64,000 nucleotides of DNA from an uncultured Desulfobacteraceae bacterium (GTDB lineage Bacteria > Desulfobacterota > Desulfobacteria > Desulfobacterales > UBA11574). The notes below the pieces were generated by a model. That model had not been told where the DNA came from, ran no database searches, and was given only the letters and a program-made list of their open reading frames with translations. This document shows, one piece after another, positions 55,947 to 64,000 of this stretch (position 1 is its first letter; the number at the start of each line of letters is the position of its first letter). A program made the position numbers and the translations under genes. The DNA is taken from NCBI GenBank assembly GCA_964539365.1, contig CAZIIV010000003.1:8897-72896 (forward strand). Reading direction: 5' to 3'.

Positions 55947-58067
55947 ATGAAAGTATGGCCCGGACAACCGTACCCTTTAGGAGCTGTCTTTGATGGCTCC
56001 GGAACGAATTTCTCCTTGTTTTCAGAGATCGCCGAGCGTGTCCAACTCTGTCTCTTCGACGAAGAGGGCGCCGACATGCGCATCGACCTGCCCGAAGTGA
56101 CGGGCTATTGTTGGCATGGATACCTGCCCTCTATCGAACCGGGCCAACGCTACGGCTACCGTGTCCACGGACCGTGGGACCCGGCCAACGGTCACCGCTG
56201 TAATCCGGCCAAGCTGCTGCTTGACCCTTATGCCAAGGCCATGGATGGTCAGGTTCAATGGAATGAATCTGTATTTCCGTACCTTTTTAACGACGGTTCC
56301 GAGGCCCGAAGCGACAGCGACAGTGCCCCCTTTATGCCCAAATGTGTGGTGCATCAGCCCCATTTCGACTGGAGCGGGGACCGCCGCCTTCAACTGCCCT
56401 GGCACGAAACCATCATTTATGAATCCCATGTCAAAGGACTCACTGCCCTGCACCCGGAAGTTCCTGCCGAACTGCGCGGCACTTATGCGGGTCTGGCACA
56501 ACCCGCAGTCATTGAATACTTAAAGGGTCTTGGCGTCACAGCCGTGGAGCTGATGCCGGTCCACTATTTCATCCATGACAAGCACCTGGTGGATCAAGGA
56601 TTGAAAAACTATTGGGGGTACAATTCCATCGGGTATCTCGCTCCGCAAAACGACTATGCAGCGGACAAGCGGCCCGGTGGTGTGGTGGCCGAGTTCAAGC
56701 AGATGGTCAAAACGCTGCATCAGGCCGGCATGGAGATTATTCTGGATGTGGTTTACAACCACACCGCCGAGGGAAATCATCTGGGACCGATGCTCAGTTT
56801 CAAGGGGATCGATAACGCCTATTATTACCGGCTTACCGATGATCCGCAGTATTACATGGATTACAGCGGGACCGGCAACAGCCTCAATATGCGCAATCCC
56901 CATGTGCTGCAACTCATCATGGATTCTCTCCGTTACTGGGTGACGGAGATGCACGTGGACGGATTCCGGTTCGACCTGGCATCCACCCTGGCCCGGGAGC
57001 TCCACGAGGTGGACAAACTCTCCGCCTTCTTCGACCTGGTTCAGCAGGACCCGGTCGTCAGCCAGGTGAAGCTCATTGCCGAGCCCTGGGACGTGGGCGA
57101 GGGAGGCTACCAGGTGGGTAATTTTCCTCCCCTGTGGTCGGAGTGGAACGGCAAGTACCGGGACTGCGTACGAGACTTCTGGCGCGGTGAGGACCGGACC
57201 TTGGCCGAATTCGCCTTTCGGTTTACCGGTAGCTCGGACCTTTACGAAAGCACGACCAGAAGACCCAATGCCAGCATTAATTTCATCACGGCCCACGACG
57301 GTTTCACCCTCCATGACCTGGTCTCATACAATGATAAACATAACGAGGCCAACGGAGAAGAGAACAATGACGGTGAAAGCCACAACCGGTCCTGGAACTG
57401 CGGGAAGGAAGGCCCTGCGGACAATCCCGATATCCTGGCGCTTCGCGCCAAACAGGTACGCAATTTCCTGGCCACCCTTTTTCTCTCCCAGGGTATCCCC
57501 ATGCTTCTCGGAGGGGATGAGATGGGACGGACACAGCAGGGCAACAACAACGGCTATTGCCAGGACAACGAGATCTCCTGGTTTGACTGGGAGAAGACTG
57601 ATGAAACCCTTCTGGAGTTCACCCGGAATCTCATCCGGTTCAGATCTGAGCACCCGGTCTTTATGCGGCGGGGCTGGTTTCTCGGCAGGGCCATCCACGG
57701 CAGCGGGGTGGAGGATATCGGTTGGTTCACACCGGACGGTATCGAGATGGCCGAAGAGAACTGGGGCGAGGGGTTTGCAAAGTCCCTGGCCCTGTTTCTA
57801 AACGGCGAAGGCATCGGCACGCCGGACCTCCGGGGAGAGCGAGTTCGGGATGATACGTTTTACCTGCTCTTAAACGCGAACCACGAACGGATTTCCTTTA
57901 CCCTGCCCGGCCCCCAATGGGGAGAACACTGGTTCGTGATTCTGGACACTGCAAAAGGCGGCTTTATCGAAGAGGAAAAAACCGTCAGGGCCGGAGAAGG
58001 GATCGACGTTGAGAGCCGATCCCTGGTTCTACTCAAACGAAATAAAAAGGAAAACAGCACCCCCTGA
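55947..58067 (+). CDS. glgX: glycogen debranching enzyme GlgX (GH13_11)
   Basis: MKVWPGQPYPLGA.FDG.GTNFSLFS, YWGYN, ILDVVYNHTAEG, DGFRFDLA, IAEPWD, FITAHDGFTL. GGAGG lies 9 nt upstream of the ATG at 55947. Confidence 0.93.
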   Translation: MKVWPGQPYPLGAVFDGSGTNFSLFSEIAERVQLCLFDEEGADMRIDLPEVTGYCWHGYLPSIEPGQRYGYRVHGPWDPANGHRCNPAKLLLDPYAKAMDGQVQWNESVFPYLFNDGSEARSDSDSAPFMPKCVVHQPHFDWSGDRRLQLPWHETIIYESHVKGLTALHPEVPAELRGTYAGLAQPAVIEYLKGLGVTAVELMPVHYFIHDKHLVDQGLKNYWGYNSIGYLAPQNDYAADKRPGGVVAEFKQMVKTLHQAGMEIILDVVYNHTAEGNHLGPMLSFKGIDNAYYYRLTDDPQYYMDYSGTGNSLNMRNPHVLQLIMDSLRYWVTEMHVDGFRFDLASTLARELHEVDKLSAFFDLVQQDPVVSQVKLIAEPWDVGEGGYQVGNFPPLWSEWNGKYRDCVRDFWRGEDRTLAEFAFRFTGSSDLYESTTRRPNASINFITAHDGFTLHDLVSYNDKHNEANGEENNDGESHNRSWNCGKEGPADNPDILALRAKQVRNFLATLFLSQGIPMLLGGDEMGRTQQGNNNGYCQDNEISWFDWEKTDETLLEFTRNLIRFRSEHPVFMRRGWFLGRAIHGSGVEDIGWFTPDGIEMAEENWGEGFAKSLALFLNGEGIGTPDLRGERVRDDTFYLLLNANHERISFTLPGPQWGEHWFVILDTAKGGFIEEEKTVRAGEGIDVESRSLVLLKRNKKENSTP

Positions 58068-58072
58068 AAACC

Positions 58073-58177
58073 ATTCCCCGCGCCACCTACGGGTTCCAGT
58101 TTCACGCCGGGTTTATCGAAAGTGCGTGGGACTCGCTCGGCAACGCCTTAAAGTCGGCTGCTTCCAGATTCAAATGA
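58073..58177 (+). pseudogene. Stub of a maltooligosyl-trehalose synthase (treY) N-terminus fused to the 55-nt repeat
   Basis: IPRATYGFQFHAGF matches the conserved P.ATYR.Q....F start of TreY, in the expected position after glgX. It then switches to ESAWDSLGNALKSAASRFK*. There is no ATG. Confidence 0.55.
58121..58175 (+). repeat. 55-nt coding repeat, copy A
   Basis: See 46015..46069. Confidence 0.8.
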
Positions 58178-58263
58178 CCACCCTGTCACTTTTAGCCATT
58201 TAGAGTGGAGACATAATTTAGCTATAAATGGCATTTAACTCCAATATAACCAGGAGATATCAA

Positions 58264-58653
58264 ATGAAATATATAAAAACGAACTATTTTATGTTAATGT
58301 TAATTGCCATGCTCGTAATAACACCGCTATGCTATGCAGAGTCGTCGGAAGAGAAAACGTCGATAAAGGAATAAATATGCATAAAAAAAATACATTTTAT
58401 TTCAAAAAAAACCCACACGTGTCTGGATTGGCGATTTTTTAGGCACTATACTATAATACCGTTGCTTGCAGCTTTCTATTGCCTGGCATTTGAGGCGCCG
58501 GTTCTTGCAAAGCAAGTTTGGGACATCGATATCACACGTGCAGTAGAAACTTAGCTCTGGGGCGATGAGGCAATCGATGCAAACCTCATAGATATCAAGA
58601 CCCAGCAAGGTGTGGTTACCCATGAAATTCAAGTAACTCTAAAAAGGAGATAG
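58264..58653 (+). pseudogene. Degenerate BON-domain (OsmY-like) secreted-protein gene
   Basis: A signal-peptide-like ORF MKYIKTNYFMLMLIAMLVITPLCYAESSEEKTSIKE* is followed, across stops and frameshifts, by ...DIDITRAVET*LWGDEAIDANLIDIKTQQGVVT, which is BON-like. Confidence 0.4.
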
Positions 58654-58655
58654 TT

Positions 58656-59048
58656 ATGACGCTCGAAATCAAGACATTACAAATCAAAGAAGAAGCAGCG
58701 GGTCAGATTGTCTATGTAACTGTTAGGGGCAAACTGGAGAAGAAAGACTATGAAATATTCGTGCCCGAAGTGGAAAGGGCAATCGAGCAGCATGGCAAAA
58801 TCAGGCTGTTGTTTGAATTGCTGGATTTCCAGGGCTGGAGCGCAAGCGCAGCATGGGAAGATACCAAGTTTGGCGTCAAACATTTCAACGATATCGAACG
58901 GCTGGCAATTGTGGGTGAGAATAAATGGGAAAAGGGAATGGCTTTTATCGCCAAACCATTTACGATGGCCAAAGTTCATTATTTTGATATTGCTGAACGG
59001 GATAAGGCAGAGCGCTGGTTAAAGGAAGGATATCTGACATTGGAATGA
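58656..59048 (+). CDS. SpoIIAA-like STAS/SEC14-type protein (DUF3478 family)
   Basis: 130 aa: YVTVRGKLEKKDYE.F.P..E........IRLLFEL.DFQGW...A.WED.KF...H..DIERLAIVG. AAGGAG lies 6 nt upstream. Confidence 0.75.
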   Translation: MTLEIKTLQIKEEAAGQIVYVTVRGKLEKKDYEIFVPEVERAIEQHGKIRLLFELLDFQGWSASAAWEDTKFGVKHFNDIERLAIVGENKWEKGMAFIAKPFTMAKVHYFDIAERDKAERWLKEGYLTLE

Positions 59049-61768
59049 GGACCGAAGCAAAAATGAGTTCGCAAGCGTTTTCCGAAAGTAAATACTGGGC
59101 GCAATCCTGTCAGGACGTCCTTGAGTCTTTGCAGGTTTCAGTTGAAAAGGGACTTGACAAGAAAGAAATCGAGCGAAGGCATAGAAAATACGGCAGCAAC
59201 CACCTTCGGGAGATCAAACGGAAAAGCGGTTTGTCAATCTTTATCGAACAGTTCAAGAGCCCCATCATGGCGCTGCTTGCTGTTGCCGCTATTTTGTCTT
59301 TTTCCTTCGGACAATCCATGGAAGGTTATGCCGTCATCGTGGTCATTTTTCTGACGGTTGCCATTGGGTTTTTCACTGAAATTAAAGCCGTGCGCTCCAT
59401 GGAGGCGTTGCGCAAGCTGAGCCGGCTGCAAACAAATGTGCGCCGCAACGGGCAAGTGTTCCAAATTGCCGCCACCAAGCTGGTCCCGGGAGATATTGTT
59501 CTGCTTAACAGCGGAGAAATTGTCACTGGAGACCTGCGAGTGATCGAGGCTAACAAATTGCAGGCGAATGAATCAACACTCACCGGAGAATCCTTGCCGA
59601 TCGGCAAACGCACTGACCCCCTTGATGAGGAATCAGAATTGGCGGAACGGACCAACATGCTTTTCAAAGGCACGGCTATTACACGGGGATCAGGGGTCGG
59701 GGTTGTGGTCGCGACAGGCATGAATACCGAATTGGGTCGGATTTCCGCCCTGGTCGAAGACGCAAAAGAAGAAATAACGCCGCTTGAAAAAAGACTTGAC
59801 CGGCTGGGCCATAAGCTTATCTGGCTGACCGTAGCTGTCGCAACACTGGTGGCGATTGCAGGTATTGTTCGGGGAAAAGAGCTCTTTCTCATGATCGAAA
59901 CAAGTATTGCCCTGGCGGTCGCTGCGATTCCCGAAGGACTGCCCATTGTTGCTACTGTTGCGCTGGCCCGCGGTGTGATGGAAATGGCAAAACACAATGC
60001 ATTGATCAATCGCTTGAGTTCGGTCGAAACCTTGGGAGCAACAAATATTATTTTTACAGACAAAACCGGTACCTTGACCGAAAATAAAATGACCGTTACC
60101 CGGTTGATATTTGATTCAAATGAGATAGAAAGCTTCAACACTGATGATGTTGATTCCAATGTGAAAGGGGACGAAATCGAGACTGAAAAAAACCGGTTGC
60201 TATACAAAGCCCTGGAAACAGGTGTCCTCTGCAACAACGCATCATTATCTAAAGAGCAGTCAGAAAAAGGCCAGGATGGCGTTGGTGATCCCATGGAACT
60301 CGCTCTTCTTGTTGCGGGGGCAAAAGCCGGCATTTTTCGAGATCACCTGCTTGATGAATTACCTGAAGAACGCGAGGAAGCTTTTGATTCTGAGGCAAAG
60401 ATGATGGCGACATTTCATAAGCAAAATGGTGGCTACTATATTGCCGTAAAAGGAGCGCCGGAAGCGGTATTGGATGCCTGTGCATCAATATTAACTGAAA
60501 ACGGTCCGGAAGGTTTATCTGAAGAAAAGAGAAACCATCTCAAAGAAGCCAATACCGGCATAGCCAAAGAGGGGTTGCGTGTTTTGGCCCTTGCCACAAG
60601 AGAAGTTGAGACAGTGGATGCGGATCCCTATGAAAATCTGACGTTTGTTGCCATGGCCGGTCTGTTGGACCCGGCCCGCAGCGAAGTCAAAGAGGCTATT
60701 GCTTCGTGCGCGGAGGCAGGGATCAGGGTGATTATGGTAACCGGTGATCAGCCTGTTACCGCTCGTCATATCGCCGGTCAGGTCGGACTTGTTGAAGACA
60801 ATGATGCAAAGGTGATGCATGGCAATGACCTTAAAAGTCATCAGGATTTGACTGCGGAAGAACAAAAACAGATTTTCGATCTTTCCATTTTTGCACGTGT
60901 AAGCCCTAAACAAAAATTGGACCTGATTGCTCTGCATCAGGATAACGGCGCTATTGTCGGCATGACCGGAGACGGCGTTAACGACGCGCCTGCACTCAAA
61001 AAAGCGGATATCGGCATTGCCATGGGAAAGAGAGGGACGCAAGTCGCCCAGGAAGCCGCCGATATGGTCCTGAAAGATGACGCCTTCGCCACTATTGTCA
61101 CCGCCATAGAGCATGGGCGGGTTATTTTTAACAATATTCGAAAATTTATCCTGTTTCTTTTATCGGGCAATGTCGGCGAGATCCTGGCCGTTGGGGCGGC
61201 GTCGTTAATTAATTTTCCGCTTCCTCTTTTACCACTCCAGATATTGTTTATCAATCTGTTGTTGGATGTGTTCCCGGCCCTGGCTTTGGGAGTGGGTAAG
61301 GGCATTCCCGGTATTATGCAAAAACCACCGCGCAATCCCCAGGAGCCGATCCTGACCGGAAGACATTGGGTTCTGATATTCGGTTATGGCGTTTTCATTG
61401 CGCTCCCGGTCCTTGCGGCGTTATGGATTGCTTTGCACTGGCTAAAAATGCCTCAAGGGCAGGCCGTAACTATCTCCTTTTTGACGCTCGGTTTCAGTCG
61501 GCTGTGGCATACCTTTAACATGCGGGATAATAACACAGGAATTTTCCGAAACGAGATAACGAACAATCCCTTTGTCTGGGGGGCGCTGGCATTGTGTTCG
61601 GTCTTATTGATAGCAACTACCCTCGTGCCTGGTTTAGCGCAGGCTCTCCGGACCGTGGGACCGGGATTGCAAGGCTGGCTGTTGGTTTTTGTAATGAGTC
61701 TCGTACCGCTGGTCTTCGGTCAGGTTTACAGAATTGCAAGAAAAGGAGAAAAACAAAAAGTGAGATGA
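59045..61768 (+). CDS. P2-type cation-transporting P-type ATPase (Ca2+-ATPase-like)
   Basis: LTGESLP, IPEGLP, DKTGTLT, MVTGDQP and GDGVNDAPALKKADIG motifs. ATGA overlap with the STAS gene. Confidence 0.92.
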   Translation: MRTEAKMSSQAFSESKYWAQSCQDVLESLQVSVEKGLDKKEIERRHRKYGSNHLREIKRKSGLSIFIEQFKSPIMALLAVAAILSFSFGQSMEGYAVIVVIFLTVAIGFFTEIKAVRSMEALRKLSRLQTNVRRNGQVFQIAATKLVPGDIVLLNSGEIVTGDLRVIEANKLQANESTLTGESLPIGKRTDPLDEESELAERTNMLFKGTAITRGSGVGVVVATGMNTELGRISALVEDAKEEITPLEKRLDRLGHKLIWLTVAVATLVAIAGIVRGKELFLMIETSIALAVAAIPEGLPIVATVALARGVMEMAKHNALINRLSSVETLGATNIIFTDKTGTLTENKMTVTRLIFDSNEIESFNTDDVDSNVKGDEIETEKNRLLYKALETGVLCNNASLSKEQSEKGQDGVGDPMELALLVAGAKAGIFRDHLLDELPEEREEAFDSEAKMMATFHKQNGGYYIAVKGAPEAVLDACASILTENGPEGLSEEKRNHLKEANTGIAKEGLRVLALATREVETVDADPYENLTFVAMAGLLDPARSEVKEAIASCAEAGIRVIMVTGDQPVTARHIAGQVGLVEDNDAKVMHGNDLKSHQDLTAEEQKQIFDLSIFARVSPKQKLDLIALHQDNGAIVGMTGDGVNDAPALKKADIGIAMGKRGTQVAQEAADMVLKDDAFATIVTAIEHGRVIFNNIRKFILFLLSGNVGEILAVGAASLINFPLPLLPLQILFINLLLDVFPALALGVGKGIPGIMQKPPRNPQEPILTGRHWVLIFGYGVFIALPVLAALWIALHWLKMPQGQAVTISFLTLGFSRLWHTFNMRDNNTGIFRNEITNNPFVWGALALCSVLLIATTLVPGLAQALRTVGPGLQGWLLVFVMSLVPLVFGQVYRIARKGEKQKVR

Positions 61769-63222
61769 CACGGTCACTAAAAAAGACTCAATTGGAAATG
61801 AGCAAGGATCGCCCGAGCGGTTATTTTGGACGGGCAAGGGTTTTGTTAAAAGGACTAATTTTGAAAAGTTCTGAGACTGAAAACATCAATGGAAAGCTGA
61901 TTGAGAACATCAAGGGTTTCATTTATAGAAATAACTCCGAGGCCTTGGCAAAAATTCTTGATGAGTTGCGGCCTGCGGATGCGGCGGATCTCATCGAGCA
62001 TCTGGCACCCGATGAACGCTTTTTCATTTTCAATATACTGGAGCCTGAAGTTGCTGGAGACGTCCTGGTAGAAATTGAGCCCCCTGTTCAAAAACGGATC
62101 TTGGGTGGTCTCAATAACCGGTTGGTCTCTGAAATCCTTCAGGAGGTTGATTCTGATGAGGCGGCGGACATTATAGGGAATCTCCCGGACGGACGGGCAA
62201 AAGATGTCATTAAATCGCTTGGGGAGGATCTGTCGGAGGAACTTGAAAAGCTTCTGCAATACGGTAATGATACGGCCGGCGGCATTATGGACTTGGAGTT
62301 TGTCTCGGTACTAGAGGACGCCACAGTTGGAGATGTCATTGCAACTATTCGTGAAAAGAGGAAAAAGGTAGAAAATCTCTATCACATCTGGGTCGTGGAT
62401 AATCTTGAAAGGCTGGTAGGGGTCGTATCGCTGAAGGATCTGGTCATTGAAGCTCCTGATCGAAAAATCAGCGAGATCATGAATCCCGATGTGATTTCAG
62501 TCGATGTCCACAAGGATCAAGAGGATGTGGCCCGGTTGTTCAAGAGGTATGATCTGGTCAATATGCCGGTAGTGGATGCAAATTACCTGCTGGTGGGTCG
62601 CATCACCCATGATGATATCATTGATGTAATCGAGGAAGAGGTGGACGAGGATCTTTCCTTGATGACTGGAGCTATTGGAACGGAAATTGCCGAAGAATCT
62701 ACCCTGAAAATATCCAAAGCCCGCCTGCCCTGGCTGATCGCAGGGGTATTCGGCGGGATTATTGCTGCTGCCGTGATCAACCAGTTTGAGACTTCTCTGG
62801 AAAGGGTCATAGCCCTGTCATTCTTCTTCCCTGTGATCATGGCCATGGGAGGGAATACGGGTACCCAGGCCGCGACGATTGTTGTGAGGGGAATGGCCAC
62901 GGGTGATATCAGACTTATAGATATCCGAAAGCGACTCTGGCTTGAATTGAAGGTCGCATTTGTCAATGGAATCATATGTGGGCTCCTTGTCGGACTGATT
63001 GTAGGCTTCTGGCTTTCTGATTACGGGTTGGGAGCCATTGTGGCGCTGGCGGGGGTATTGATCATTTTAAACTCAGGTTTTACTGGGTCTGCCGTACCTT
63101 TTGTCCTAAGAAAACTGAAAATCGATCCTGCTCTTGCCACCGGTCCATTCATAACCACCTTAAACGATATCCTGGGTCTTCTTATTTATCTGGGGCTTAT
63201 AACCCTTTTCTTACGTATGTGA
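61765..63222 (+). CDS. mgtE: magnesium transporter MgtE
   Basis: MgtE N-domain, two CBS domains, and a TM domain with MAMGGNTGTQAATIVVRG and PFITTLNDILG. The ATG overlaps the ATPase stop (ATGA). The ORF upstream of 61765 is an in-gene extension. Confidence 0.92.
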   Translation: MTRSLKKTQLEMSKDRPSGYFGRARVLLKGLILKSSETENINGKLIENIKGFIYRNNSEALAKILDELRPADAADLIEHLAPDERFFIFNILEPEVAGDVLVEIEPPVQKRILGGLNNRLVSEILQEVDSDEAADIIGNLPDGRAKDVIKSLGEDLSEELEKLLQYGNDTAGGIMDLEFVSVLEDATVGDVIATIREKRKKVENLYHIWVVDNLERLVGVVSLKDLVIEAPDRKISEIMNPDVISVDVHKDQEDVARLFKRYDLVNMPVVDANYLLVGRITHDDIIDVIEEEVDEDLSLMTGAIGTEIAEESTLKISKARLPWLIAGVFGGIIAAAVINQFETSLERVIALSFFFPVIMAMGGNTGTQAATIVVRGMATGDIRLIDIRKRLWLELKVAFVNGIICGLLVGLIVGFWLSDYGLGAIVALAGVLIILNSGFTGSAVPFVLRKLKIDPALATGPFITTLNDILGLLIYLGLITLFLRM

Positions 63223-63264
63223 GATAGTGATTAATTCTATAAAATCAGAAGAAAAACAGTATGA

Positions 63265-63360
63265 TTTCGGGTTAAAGCAGCCGACGACGCCCTTTACCTG
63301 GCAAAAGCACAGGGAAAAAATTGTTCTGTCATTGCAGACAAATCAGTGAACAGTGATTAA
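63265..63360 (+). pseudogene. C-terminal remnant of a GGDEF (diguanylate cyclase) domain gene
   Basis: ...KAADDALYLAKAQGKNCSVI...* matches the last helix and strand of GGDEF domains. There is no upstream coding continuation. Confidence 0.5.
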
Positions 63361-63537
63361 GAGGGCAGGCCTCTGTGTCTGCCGATCAGCAAGTGAAGTA
63401 GCTTCATGGAAGGGAGGTCAAAGAGGTTCTGGCTCAGGTCAACGAGATATTCGGAGCCTTGTATACGGCACAATAACAGGTATCTCAAATGTTAAACCTA
63501 AAAATAAATGTGAATGGATGAGGAGGAGGAATGTCCG

Positions 63538-64000
63538 ATGACGGAAAAACAGCATGACACCGGACAGTTATTTCAAACAGCTCCCGTCTTGAAAACCATT
63601 CTGGATGCCTTGCCGGTGGGAGTTGTGATTTTCGATCATGATGCCCGGATCTTCTACGCCAATGAATATGCTGAACAGCTTTTCGGCAAAAAGCCTTCCG
63701 AACCGGACGACCTCAAGTGCGGAGATTTCATCGGCTGCAGACACCGGTTTCTGGACGCGGCCGGCTGCGGGCATAGCCCGGTCTGTCCGGATTGTCCTCT
63801 TTTTCGGGCCATAGGCGCAGCTATTTCACCCGATTCCAAGACCGGGATTCGGGGAGGCGAGACCTTGATAGAGCGTGAATCGGGAAACGGCGCCATCTGG
63901 ATAAAATACAAGATCGACAGCCTTTTTCTTGATGGCGGCAATGTCGCCGTCCTGGCCGTTGAGGATATTTCCGATCAGAAGCACCTTTCCTTGCAGCAAT
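63538..64000 (+). CDS. PAS-domain sensor protein with a Cys-rich insert (5' partial, runs off the window)
   Basis: GGAGGAGGA lies upstream of the ATG at 63538. ILDALPVGVVIFDHDARIFYANEYAEQLFG is a PAS start. It is followed by KCGDFIGCRHRFLDAAGCGHSPVCPDCP. The frame is open to position 64000. Confidence 0.75.
   Translation, partial: MTEKQHDTGQLFQTAPVLKTILDALPVGVVIFDHDARIFYANEYAEQLFGKKPSEPDDLKCGDFIGCRHRFLDAAGCGHSPVCPDCPLFRAIGAAISPDSKTGIRGGETLIERESGNGAIWIKYKIDSLFLDGGNVAVLAVEDISDQKHLSLQQ

Noticed and set aside
57076-57801. 241-aa plus-strand alternative-frame ORF within glgX
   Set aside because: It is out of frame with a complete GlgX and has an Arg/Pro/Ser/Trp-rich composition typical of off-frame GC-rich sequence.
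46070-58120. Idea that the 12-kb block between the 55-nt inverted repeats is a recently inverted or mobile segment
   Set aside because: Mentally re-inverting the block does not restore either the GAF gene or treY. Copy A is only a 55-nt graft, while copy B sits in a longer homologous ORF. I kept it only as a testable possibility in the repeat finding.
58178-58655. Mg2+ (M-box) riboswitch or other leader upstream of the ATPase/mgtE operon
   Set aside because: The region reads as a degraded BON-domain gene. mgtE is translationally coupled to upstream genes, and I see no M-box-like conserved helices.
59326-60333. 335-aa minus-strand ORF opposite the P-type ATPase
   Set aside because: It is a shadow ORF with a Ser/Pro/Thr-rich translation. 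The plus strand carries all the P-type ATPase motifs.
1-64000. CRISPR arrays, tRNA/rRNA genes, transposases and integrases
   Set aside because: The short periodic repeats (7-8 nt units) have no spacer structure and span less than 140 nt. No cloverleaf-like or rRNA-like sequence was spotted in intergenic regions, and no ORF shows DDE, tyrosine or serine recombinase motifs. A tRNAscan/Infernal run is still needed for certainty.

Overview
This 64-kb chromosomal window looks like an anaerobic, sulfate-reducer-type deltaproteobacterium (Desulfobacterales-like). That assignment is an inference from gene content: an hdrCBA-flxDCBA cluster, a class III PHA synthase and HPS/PHI genes. I recognised no rRNA, tRNA, CRISPR array, transposase or integrase. 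Contents from left to right: (1) A minus-strand glycogen operon with eukaryote-like enzymes: a 1434-aa GH13-GDE fusion, a GT35 phosphorylase, a GT5 synthase, a GH13_8-type branching enzyme and DUF72. (2) A PAS/HisKA_3 kinase plus LuxR-type regulator, followed by two Cys-rich small ORFs and a receiver protein whose phospho-acceptor Asp is Asn. (3) Dodecin. (4) An ~8.7-kb PHA supercluster: phaE-phaC, two paralogous GNATs flanking a thiolase, an SDR reductase, a second PhaC-like synthase with a short PhaE-like partner, two tandem phasins and phaR. (5) A PIN/Phd toxin-antitoxin pair. (6) hdrCBA-flxDCBA, preceded by a GAF-only protein. (7) A housekeeping block: GlcF/HdrD-like Fe-S protein, GNAT, IMPase/CysQ-like, mpl, a membrane protein, PHI plus an HPS-RraA fusion, hisS, aspS, NUDIX and a phosphoesterase. 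(8) A CheB-CheR-PAS fusion with a coupled HisKA_3 kinase, a LuxR regulator and a stand-alone receiver. (9) A partly decayed second glucan locus: a glgA remnant, an orphan kinase, a GH13/CBM48 enzyme, glgX and a treY stub. (10) A STAS / P-type ATPase / MgtE operon joined by ATGA overlaps. The most interesting signals: the GH13-GDE megafusion; the dual-synthase PHA locus with twin Pat-like GNATs; the Asn-substituted receiver next to the Cys-rich ORFs; at least five gene remnants between 45.8 and 63.4 kb with no visible IS element, two of them sharing a 55-nt inverted coding repeat; and several families of short dispersed intergenic repeats with 7- or 8-nt periodicity. All family calls come from reading motifs by eye. 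No database search was run.
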